From Synechococcus sp. (lineage in GTDB: Bacteria; Cyanobacteriota; Cyanobacteriia; PCC-6307; Cyanobiaceae): 64,000 bases of DNA. The stretch spans positions 416,001 through 480,000 of the forward strand of contig JBJBCN010000002.1 of assembly GCA_047285805.1 (NCBI GenBank), in the 5' to 3' direction. The translations under genes were made by a program, and so were the position numbers. How positions within the stretch are numbered: position 1 is the first letter of the stretch; the number at the start of each line of letters is the position of its first letter. This document shows, piece after piece, positions 10,973-19,272 of the stretch. Under the pieces are notes generated by a model that did not search any database, was not told the DNA's origin, and worked only from the letters and a program-made list of their open reading frames with translations.

Positions 10973-11560
10973 TCAGTTGATCAGCTTTGGAGCGATGACT
11001 TCCATGTAGCGGGCCTCGCACTCCTTGACGATTTTCACGGCTTCGGGGGAGTCGAAGAAGCCGTTTACGCGACAGGTGCCGGGCTTCTTGAGGTCCTTGT
11101 AGTGCTCCCAGTAGTACTTGGTTTCCTTCAGCCAGTGCTCACCCAGTTGTGTGTAGCTGGTGATGTGCTCCATGCGCTTGTCATCGGCGAGCACAGCAAT
11201 GACCTTGTCGTCGACTTCGCCGCCGTCGTCGAATTTCATGATGCCAATGATGCGGGCCTCCACCAGGGAGCCGGGCACCAGGGGCTCCGTCACACCGACG
11301 ATCTCGATGTCGAGGGGGTCGCCGTCCTCATCCCAGGTGCGGGGAATGGTGCCGTAGGCGAAGGGATAGGCCAGGGAGGAATAGCCGACGCGATCGAGCT
11401 TGAGGTGACCGGTTTCGGTGATCAGCTCGTACTTATTAATCGTGTTGCTGTTGAGCTCCACGATGGTGTTCAGCCGCAGCTCGGCTTCATCGGCAAATGC
11501 AGGCAGCACGTGAAGCAGGTTGAGCATCGTGCGGCTTGGGGCGTGATCTATGTTCGCCAT
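10973..11560 (-). CDS. ppa: Family I inorganic pyrophosphatase
   Basis: NKYE, LDRV, YPFAYGTIPRTWDEDGDPLD, DDGGEVDDKVIAV. Confidence 0.95.
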   Translation of the reverse strand: MANIDHAPSRTMLNLLHVLPAFADEAELRLNTIVELNSNTINKYELITETGHLKLDRVGYSSLAYPFAYGTIPRTWDEDGDPLDIEIVGVTEPLVPGSLVEARIIGIMKFDDGGEVDDKVIAVLADDKRMEHITSYTQLGEHWLKETKYYWEHYKDLKKPGTCRVNGFFDSPEAVKIVKECEARYMEVIAPKLIN

Positions 11561-11635
11561 CAGGGCAGCGGGCCTAAGGATGGTCGGCATCCTACGGAGT
11601 GCCAGGAACCTACCCTGTGGAGAGGTCGCGTAGGC

Positions 11636-12160
11636 CTAGAGAGCTTCAGAGTTCGGGTCTTCGTATGCCTGTTTTGGCTCCCGCTGGGCTTCAAAGGCTT
11701 GTATTCAGGACCAGGCCTCTTGCGCTGAATCGGTGAACTGGGAGAGCTCCAGGTGTTCCTCGCGGATCAGGCCTCAGTCCGCTTGCTAGTCAAAATCATT
11801 AGGCGTTACCAGAAGTCTTTGCCAGAGAGGATGACGGTCATCTGCCGTTTCATAGCCGTCTGACGTATGTTGAGAACCTCAAAGAGCGCATCAAGGGTGA
11901 CGAAGCCACCCGGGAAGAGAACGACAGCGGTGGAGCGTTTGAACAAGTTGAACTTGCTTAGAGCGGAGTAATTAGCTCTAGGCCGGTGTGTGGGAAGGGC
12001 TTAGGTTCTTGCAGGAGCTTGATGCTGAGACCAATCGAGTGTCCACCGGCGTCAAAGGCGCCGCAGTCGGTGGCCTCCATGATTCCGGGCCCCCCGGCAT
12101 TGACGATGAAGTGCTTGCTGGCCTGCTGATCCGCTGAGACCAGATGGCTGAATTCGCGAA
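11636..12160 (-). pseudogene. Decayed, 5'-truncated LOG-family (TIGR00730-like) gene
   Basis: Hand translation across frameshifts and stops: REFSHLVS...NAGGPGIMEA...GAFDAGGHSIGL / VVLFPGGFVTLDALFEVL...KDFW* / GLIREEHLEL / QFTDSAQEAW. These are degenerate GGGPGIME and PGGxGTLDE motifs. Confidence 0.88.
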
Positions 12161-12850
12161 TAATAGAGTTAAAAGTAAATACTACCGTCTCTTTATCCGA
12201 TAAACCGAGGGGTGGTAGTACTTCTATGCGAGTTGCGAGGTAGTTTCTATCTAGTACTGTTATCTAGGACTTAGATCACAGACCTACACGAGAATATAAA
12301 GACCAATTATAGGGAGGACAACGGGTTATTGCAGTACTTGTATACTTGTAAGTGTGATAAGAGTAGAGTTTTTCCAAGATCCAGAGACAAAGCAGGTCAA
12401 GCGGTTCCACCGCGATGAGAAGAGGTAGTCACAAGACCCCATGGTTTTCTGGAAACAGTCACTGCGATACCTGGCGAGTCTCCTTTTAAGGCCAGTGTGC
12501 AGCCCTATCGGGACGTTGCAGTTAACCATGGAGGGACCTCATCAAGAGTGCTAATAGCCTGTGGAGGTTCTTTGGGGATGCCAAGAAGAGCTGTAGCCAT
12601 CTACTACATTTAGGTTTAGGTACCAATGGTTCTCAGCCATCCCTGCAACTAAGTATTAGGGCCCCAGAAATTTGTACTGGGATTCACTGATAAGCCGCGT
12701 GCAGTATGTGAGTCGATAGCGAGGGCTGCAGTTACGAGTGGTGTTAGCGATAAGTGGATGGACTAGTGTTTTGCCTTCTCAAGAGCGGTAAGAATTTTTA
12801 TTAGGGGGAAAGTTCCTGTAATCGCTGTTAAAGTAGTTTGTGAACGTCAT

Positions 12851-13144
12851 GTGGCTTGCGACCTTGAAATCGCGTCACGTAGCGGGCGAGCATTGATGGT
12901 TGTTGTAGGTCAACGCGACAATGAGATAGTCAGTGCTTTTTACTTTTGTAGTGACTGGGTGGTAAGGTATACGACTTTCTCAATAGAAACGAAGGATAGT
13001 GTTCATATGAACGGATTAGACTTTTCGAGAAGTATCCATATGATGGCGCCTGAGATCGGTTTCTACGGCGAAAAGTATCAATCGATTGACCATTCAGCGC
13101 TGTTCACAGGTACAGTCGTATTGAAAAAACAATTCAACATCTGA
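12851..13144 (+). CDS. Hypothetical protein (may be spurious or a remnant)
   Basis: 97-aa ORF in AT-rich DNA directly upstream of the co-oriented 13177 gene; no recognised motif. Confidence 0.25.
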   Translation: MACDLEIASRSGRALMVVVGQRDNEIVSAFYFCSDWVVRYTTFSIETKDSVHMNGLDFSRSIHMMAPEIGFYGEKYQSIDHSALFTGTVVLKKQFNI

Positions 13145-13176
13145 GTCCTGCGATCCTTATTATAAGTCATCCCATC

Positions 13177-13908
13177 ATGTTTTGGTTCCTTGATATCGTA
13201 TTTGTGACGCTGATCGGCAGCTGCCACTGGCTAATAAAGACACTTTCCGCAAGACCAGGTGCCTTAAAGACGCAGTTATCTTCATTTGGTGGGGGCGCAG
13301 CAATATCATATGTGTTCCTACACATATTCCCGGAGATAGCAGTTGGAGGTGCGGAGATCAGCAAGGCATCTGGAATGCACACCTATATCCCAAGTGAAGC
13401 CCTAGAGAGTCTTATATTTCTCGTTGCACTCATTGGAGCAGTGCTCCCGTATCTAATTAAGTCAGCAAGTCTTCGTCTTCATACGATGAAGGACTATTAT
13501 GAAAACGCGAATCTGACTAGATTTGCCTTGATAAACTATCTTTACGCGTATTCAATGCCATCATTGCTTACCACAGGATATGTGTATGCGCTTTCGTTCA
13601 CTATTGCGATTGCAGGACATGTACTGCTGTCAGATAGGTCAATGCTAGCGAAGCACCAATCTTCTTATTATAAGAAACTAAGGTGGATAGGTAGCCTATC
13701 CCTTGTTATCGGGACTGTGCATACATTTGCACTTCATCCGATTTCGGAACTAAATCTCGCATATATCAAATCATTTATTGGTGGGAGCTTAATTACAAGT
13801 GTTTTGCAAGAAGAAATACCGAAGCCAGATTCTTCTAGAGTTAGCTTCTTTTTGAGTGGACTGATCCTTATGACAGCAATTTTGATAACAAGAGGATTTG
13901 TAAAATAA
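13177..13908 (+). CDS. Polytopic membrane protein, ZIP-transporter-like
   Basis: SFGGGAAISYVFLHIFPE, AGHVLLSD, FIGGSLITSVLQEEIP; about 7-8 TM helices. Confidence 0.6.
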   Translation: MFWFLDIVFVTLIGSCHWLIKTLSARPGALKTQLSSFGGGAAISYVFLHIFPEIAVGGAEISKASGMHTYIPSEALESLIFLVALIGAVLPYLIKSASLRLHTMKDYYENANLTRFALINYLYAYSMPSLLTTGYVYALSFTIAIAGHVLLSDRSMLAKHQSSYYKKLRWIGSLSLVIGTVHTFALHPISELNLAYIKSFIGGSLITSVLQEEIPKPDSSRVSFFLSGLILMTAILITRGFVK

Positions 13909-14039
13909 GGATACAAGGGACTATATTAAGTCATGGGCATGGTCATGGAAAAAGTCAGAGATAGGAACTGCAAAACGCTTGATTAAATCTTCAGGTAAGC
14001 AATGATCCATCAATTGATACTTAATCGATCACTAAAAAG

Positions 14040-15683
14040 TCATCTACCCTCAAGATGTCGTAGGTCAACAAAATCAAGTATAGAAGACGAGTATGACAAG
14101 TTATACGGATTCATCCCTTCAAAGTAACCGGATCGAGTAGAGGACTGAATATTAACCACAGACGAGAGAAGGGAGCTAAGATTACTGGTATAACCTGTCA
14201 TTGAGGAAGAATAGTCATTTAACCTCTGGACCAAGGTGGTAATATCCGAGAACCCAGCCTTCAAAGCGACAAGCGTGTCATAGAAAGCTTTTTGAGAAGA
14301 CTTAATAGATTGATCACTCGCAATAAGTTCATTTGAATAGTTAATATAATTAGAGTAATATTGATTACTAGACTGTATGGTGTCAAGTGCAGATTGCTTT
14401 GCAGACTCCTTGGTTGATGATGCAGTCCTCCTTTGTGACCGTGCTGAAAGTGCATCCGCTCCAGAATCGAATAATTTCCAACTCATTGTGATAGCAATAC
14501 TATTACCCCATCCTGAATTGTCAGATTGTGAATAGCTGTCAATAGGAAGAGTACCGCTGTAAGGGGCTTCGCCGACAGTCTTGTATGAATAGGATGTTGA
14601 TGGAGACCAACCAAAGGATAGACCAAAGCTTGGTAGATAGCTAGACAAATAGTAGTCTGATTGACGTAGATAACCTAAGTAGCTATAATAACTACTATAG
14701 ATAGTATCGGAATAGATAAGGCTTGACCGAACAATCTCTTCACGACCTAGAGAGCTGAAACCAATTAAATCAGATATAGTCTTACTCATAAAGAACTTGG
14801 CTGAAATGGTCAACTCGTCAGAAGAAATGCCTATGTTAGATGAAAGAGAGGTATAATAATTATTGAAAGAAATAATAGCAGAAGAGAGATTATTCTGATA
14901 TAGACGCAGTTGAGCCAAGGACTGGGCAACATCTGGGACCGCGAGAAGTCCAATTTGATACTGTGCAACTGTCACCTTAAGCGATTCTGAGGCCGAGTAG
15001 ACGTTTTGTAGTTGAACAAGTATATCTTGGTAAGCAATCCAGACATTTATAGCATCAAGAAGGGATGAATTGTACTGAGATATGTCAGATGCAGTTGAAC
15101 TATATGCTGTAGAAAAGGAAACGTTGTTATAGTACCTAGCCAGGTTTATTGCTGTAGGATTAAAGATTGGGATAGAGAATGTTGGTTTAATACCCCTACT
15201 GTAAATCTGGCTTGAAGATGTATCGTATTCTTGAGTTTGACTTGGTTGGCCAGCTGCTGGAGTTGGGTATGTGAGAGTAGACGAACCTGTATAATTGTAT
15301 GACCATGAACCAGAATCCAGGGAAAAGCTCGGAGCAAATGCTTCTAGAAAGTAGGAACTACGTAAATCCTTGGAAGCCATATAAGAAAAATCAGCTGCCT
15401 TAATATTTGGAGAACGCTTTGTTTGTATGATTACATCATCTAGGGTCTCCAACAAAGGCGAATCGCTAGACTCATTTAAATAAAGGATTGGTTGTGGACA
15501 ATACTCCTTGAGACTCAGTAAACCTAATGCGACTCTCACAAAAGGTTCTCGGTCTAAGCAAAGTAATCTACTGATTGTTGGCTGATTGACTTTTCTAAAA
15601 TTGCGTAACTTAATTTGCTCTGCGTTTGCAGGTAAAACTGAGCTCAAGATAAGTGAAAAAACAAGCGGGATTCTGAAACGCAC
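14040..15683 (-). CDS. TolC-family outer membrane efflux protein
   Basis: Two OEP-like repeats: FSIPIFN...AQYQIGLLAVPDVAQ and MSWKLFDSG...LKAGFSDITTLVQ. GTG at 15683 yields the signal peptide MRFRIPLVFSLILSSVLPANA. Confidence 0.8.
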   Translation of the reverse strand: MRFRIPLVFSLILSSVLPANAEQIKLRNFRKVNQPTISRLLCLDREPFVRVALGLLSLKEYCPQPILYLNESSDSPLLETLDDVIIQTKRSPNIKAADFSYMASKDLRSSYFLEAFAPSFSLDSGSWSYNYTGSSTLTYPTPAAGQPSQTQEYDTSSSQIYSRGIKPTFSIPIFNPTAINLARYYNNVSFSTAYSSTASDISQYNSSLLDAINVWIAYQDILVQLQNVYSASESLKVTVAQYQIGLLAVPDVAQSLAQLRLYQNNLSSAIISFNNYYTSLSSNIGISSDELTISAKFFMSKTISDLIGFSSLGREEIVRSSLIYSDTIYSSYYSYLGYLRQSDYYLSSYLPSFGLSFGWSPSTSYSYKTVGEAPYSGTLPIDSYSQSDNSGWGNSIAITMSWKLFDSGADALSARSQRRTASSTKESAKQSALDTIQSSNQYYSNYINYSNELIASDQSIKSSQKAFYDTLVALKAGFSDITTLVQRLNDYSSSMTGYTSNLSSLLSSVVNIQSSTRSGYFEGMNPYNLSYSSSILDFVDLRHLEGR

Positions 15684-15841
15684 AGAAATAACATCACTAT
15701 TTTTTGCCTTATAGGAGTCATCGACATTAACGTCAATAACACAGAAAGCGAAAAAACAATATTGTAACAATATCAAGAATTGCATCACTTGTTTGATGGT
15801 CAGGCGCCGATGAGTATCTTGCAAATATTAATAAGTTGTTT

Positions 15842-17077
15842 ATGGAACCATCAAAAGGCGAAGACATCGACTCCGTATCCAAGCACAATGGAGATCTAAA
15901 CTCAAAAATGGACAAATCAGATCCGTTACGATATAGTCAAAGCGTAAATATACTCATCACACCAATAAAATACTGGTCTGGATTGGCAGTCATTACTTCT
16001 GTCGGACTTCTAGGTTGGTCTGTATTTGGAAGGATACCCGAGAAAACCACTTCTAGTGGATTTATAACAAAACCATTTTTATTGGCTTCTGTTGGCCAAT
16101 CAGCCAGTAGCGACGGAACATACTCAAGTATCTTGGTAAAGCCTGGTGACAAAGTAGTCAAGGGTCAGTTACTCGCGAATCTTGCATTCCCAGCCCTATT
16201 GCAAAAAGTTGACGAAGCTAGAACTCAACTGAAAATTGGTAAGACTCAGCATCAATCACAGTATGAGACACCTTCATTTCAAAACTATTTGAATGAGCAG
16301 AAATCATCAGTCGACTCATCTAAGAAATATCTTATTGCAGCTCAAGGCATTGCAAAAACTGGGGCTATATCTGAGACGACAGTAAGGAACGCAAAACAAA
16401 GCTATCAAAGCTCAGTGCAATCACTGCTGTCGACTCAGAGTAAAGTGATCGAGTCAAACTCGAATATAGCAAAACTTGAAACGACACTAAATGCTGCTAT
16501 TACTACGCAAAAAGAGGCTTCAAATATCTATTCACCATATACAGGCATAGTATTAAATATCTTTCGGTCAAGCGGCCAACCTAATGTTCCGGGTAAACCA
16601 TTACTTCAGCTAGAAATAAATGCTAACGGGCAACCTTCACCGCAACAAAGTGATGGTTTAGCTGTTATTTCATTTTTTACTCCAACAGCCGCTGCTAAGT
16701 TATTGGTCGGACAAGAAGTACACATACTTCCCTCAAACATTCAGGCAAATACAGTAGGTAACGTAGTTGGAAGAGTATCAGAAATATCACTCTTACCCCT
16801 TACTCAGTCAGAGGCATCTGGAATTCTCGGTTCACAAGAGTTAGCTACCGAGCTTCTTCAAGATAACAAAAACATCCAGGTCACTATCGACCTGGAAGAA
16901 GATAAACAATCTCCTTCTGGCTTCAAGTGGATCAATGGGTCAGGACCTCCATCAACTCGTCCCTCACAATTCCCAAGGGTTGGCCTACAAGCTCAGGTTT
17001 CTGTGATTACTAAACGAATTCCCCCAATCACACTTGGTGTTCCGGCGCTCAAGAAATTCTTTGGTATTAGCTCATGA
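15842..17077 (+). CDS. NHLM/NHLP bacteriocin-system secretion protein (HlyD-family membrane fusion protein)
   Basis: N-terminal TM ending WSVFGRIP, VKPGDKVVKGQLLA, coiled coil, IYSPYTG, SPSGFKW..GSGP, C-terminal PITLGVP. Confidence 0.88.
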   Translation: MEPSKGEDIDSVSKHNGDLNSKMDKSDPLRYSQSVNILITPIKYWSGLAVITSVGLLGWSVFGRIPEKTTSSGFITKPFLLASVGQSASSDGTYSSILVKPGDKVVKGQLLANLAFPALLQKVDEARTQLKIGKTQHQSQYETPSFQNYLNEQKSSVDSSKKYLIAAQGIAKTGAISETTVRNAKQSYQSSVQSLLSTQSKVIESNSNIAKLETTLNAAITTQKEASNIYSPYTGIVLNIFRSSGQPNVPGKPLLQLEINANGQPSPQQSDGLAVISFFTPTAAAKLLVGQEVHILPSNIQANTVGNVVGRVSEISLLPLTQSEASGILGSQELATELLQDNKNIQVTIDLEEDKQSPSGFKWINGSGPPSTRPSQFPRVGLQAQVSVITKRIPPITLGVPALKKFFGISS

Positions 17078-19272
17078 ATTTCAAGACACCTTCAAAAATC
17101 CAGGTAGAAGCTATTGAATGTGGAGCCGTTTCATACTGGATTATTAATGGTTTCTACAATAACTGGCTCACAAGTGAAGAAGCAAGAATAGATGTGAATG
17201 TTACAAAAGATGGATCAAATGCATACAATATTGTCCAAGCACTCAAGAGAAAGGGTTTTGATTCAGATGGTTTTCAACCTACCATAGATGAACTCAAGAG
17301 TAATAATCCGGAGTGCGGTCTTCCATGTATTGCTTGGGTAAATAAAGTCCATTGGGTTGTTCTAGAGAAGTTCGATGGGACAAGTTTTTTGATCAGCGAC
17401 CCAGCTAAGGGCCATAGAAAGTCAACTCCTGCAGACTTTGAAAAGGAATACTCAGGCCTAACACTAAGCGCACGTCCTACCAATACCTTCAAACCCCAAG
17501 GCACTAAACCCAATGCGATAGTTGATCTTGTCAGCATTGTTTCTTCCAACAAGAAAGCCATTGCACTTTATGTACTACTTGGATTAGTACTCACTATCCC
17601 CGTAGTGTCCTTAAGCTCATTTATCGGATTTTTTACAGACACGATCCTTGCCGAATCTGGTGCGAGCAATAGTTACATCTGGATCCTAACATTTATAGTA
17701 GGGCTATTCTTTCTTGGAAAATTCCTAGAGCAAATCATTCTGAGAAGGCTTCATTTGTCCGTATTGGCAGCATTGATCCAGAGAACTATCACGAAACTTC
17801 TCTCTCTTCCACTCTCTTTTTACCCACTCAGAGACCTTGGCGAGATAAGTCAGCGCATTACACTTAATATTAGCCTCTCAAATATTCTTACGGGCCCCTT
17901 ATCCAAGGCCTCCGTAGGATTAGCAACGATGGCGATATATGCTGCAATAATGCTGACATATAGTCCAATTCTTGGCATCCTTGTAATACTTCTGGGCGCA
18001 ATAAACTTTTATACTCTAATTAGCCTCGCAAAATCATTAAGCCAGTTCTCACAAAAGAGTTCCATGATGACGGGAAAGATGACATCTAATATTCTATATA
18101 TGGCCAATAACTTTCAATATCTGAAAGCCAATGGACTCGAGCTACCCCTATTTCAACAATGGAGCGATAACTTTTCTCAGTCTCAAACAACAAGCGAGCA
18201 AATGTCCTATATCCAGAAACGCAATACTTCAACTACTTCATTCCTTAATCAACTCGCCGATTATTTAATAGTGATTGTCTCTGGGCTCTTCATAATGATG
18301 GGAAATATTAGCTTAGGTGAATTCATCAGTTTCAGGCTCATATCACTCGCATTCTTGAAACCGATAAATACTCTTGCTGGAGTTAATTCTAAGTTCGCAA
18401 CAGCGGTTGGTGATGTCAACCGGCTGAAAGACTTATGGGATGAGAAGGACGATACCGTAGTCAGAAATTCTTACAAGATGATTGATCAGACTTCTTTTGA
18501 ACTTGACATTAACACAGCATTAAATCTTGTAAGTAATTCAAGCATTAGCCTAGATTCTGGAGGTTTTCGATACACACCAGGTTCACCACCTGTCTTTGAA
18601 GGCATTTCGCTCAATGCACAACATGGTGATGTCATTTCTCTTACTGGGCCACCAGGATCTGGAAAGACAACGCTTTTACAATCTCTGTCCTATCTCACAG
18701 ATCTCGATTCGGGCTCGATTACATTGTCGGACTCACCTATTGGTTCATACGCTCCATCGTTGTTAAGAAGCACCTTGTCCTTCACTTCTCAAGACAAGTA
18801 TATATTTACTGCATCGGCACTGGAGAATATCAAAGTCTTCGATCCACAGATTTCTCAAAGTAATATCTTAGATACTATCGAGCTTTATGGTCTTGCTTCA
18901 ATCTTAAGCTCTCTTCCTCAAGGACTTGCCACTGAACTTGGCCCTTCAGTACAAATAAGCAATTCCGATAAGATTATCATTCACTTACTTCGAAGCCTTG
19001 TCAGAAATCCCAGAATCCTAGTCATAGACGAGCTACTGGCTGACATAGATTCGGATTTCGCTCAGTCTTTACTTATCAGGATCTCCCAGAATATTCCGAT
19101 TGTTATCTTTGTATCACTGGATCCTAATTTAATTTCAATTGCAAATCGATCTCTCGTCTTGAGTTCAAAAGGTCTGCAAGAACTACCCCCACCAGAACTT
19201 ATCACGCGGATTAAAGCGCGCCAAGAATCACAATCTAAACCCCAAACTCAGTACAAGGAGGCTTCCAAGTGA
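17074..19272 (+). CDS. NHLM-type ABC transporter with C39 peptidase, TM and ATP-binding domains
   Basis: QVEAIECG (catalytic Cys), VHWVV (His), ISDPAKG (Asp); TM domain; Walker A GPPGSGKTT and Walker B ILVIDE; ATGA overlap with the HlyD gene. Confidence 0.92.
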   Translation: MNFKTPSKIQVEAIECGAVSYWIINGFYNNWLTSEEARIDVNVTKDGSNAYNIVQALKRKGFDSDGFQPTIDELKSNNPECGLPCIAWVNKVHWVVLEKFDGTSFLISDPAKGHRKSTPADFEKEYSGLTLSARPTNTFKPQGTKPNAIVDLVSIVSSNKKAIALYVLLGLVLTIPVVSLSSFIGFFTDTILAESGASNSYIWILTFIVGLFFLGKFLEQIILRRLHLSVLAALIQRTITKLLSLPLSFYPLRDLGEISQRITLNISLSNILTGPLSKASVGLATMAIYAAIMLTYSPILGILVILLGAINFYTLISLAKSLSQFSQKSSMMTGKMTSNILYMANNFQYLKANGLELPLFQQWSDNFSQSQTTSEQMSYIQKRNTSTTSFLNQLADYLIVIVSGLFIMMGNISLGEFISFRLISLAFLKPINTLAGVNSKFATAVGDVNRLKDLWDEKDDTVVRNSYKMIDQTSFELDINTALNLVSNSSISLDSGGFRYTPGSPPVFEGISLNAQHGDVISLTGPPGSGKTTLLQSLSYLTDLDSGSITLSDSPIGSYAPSLLRSTLSFTSQDKYIFTASALENIKVFDPQISQSNILDTIELYGLASILSSLPQGLATELGPSVQISNSDKIIIHLLRSLVRNPRILVIDELLADIDSDFAQSLLIRISQNIPIVIFVSLDPNLISIANRSLVLSSKGLQELPPPELITRIKARQESQSKPQTQYKEASK

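Noticed and set aside
12380..12740. Transposase remnant (fragments such as VAVNHG and WRFFGDAKK)
   Set aside because: The matches are too short to support an IS call, and no terminal inverted repeats were found.
15756..15765. Palindrome ACAATATTGT in the tolC/hlyD gap as an operator or NtcA site
   Set aside because: A 10-bp AT-rich palindrome is expected by chance here and does not match GTA-N8-TAC.
15684..15824. 47-aa N-terminal extension of TolC given by the ORF track
   Set aside because: GTG at 15683 gives a clean signal peptide and leaves room for divergent promoters.
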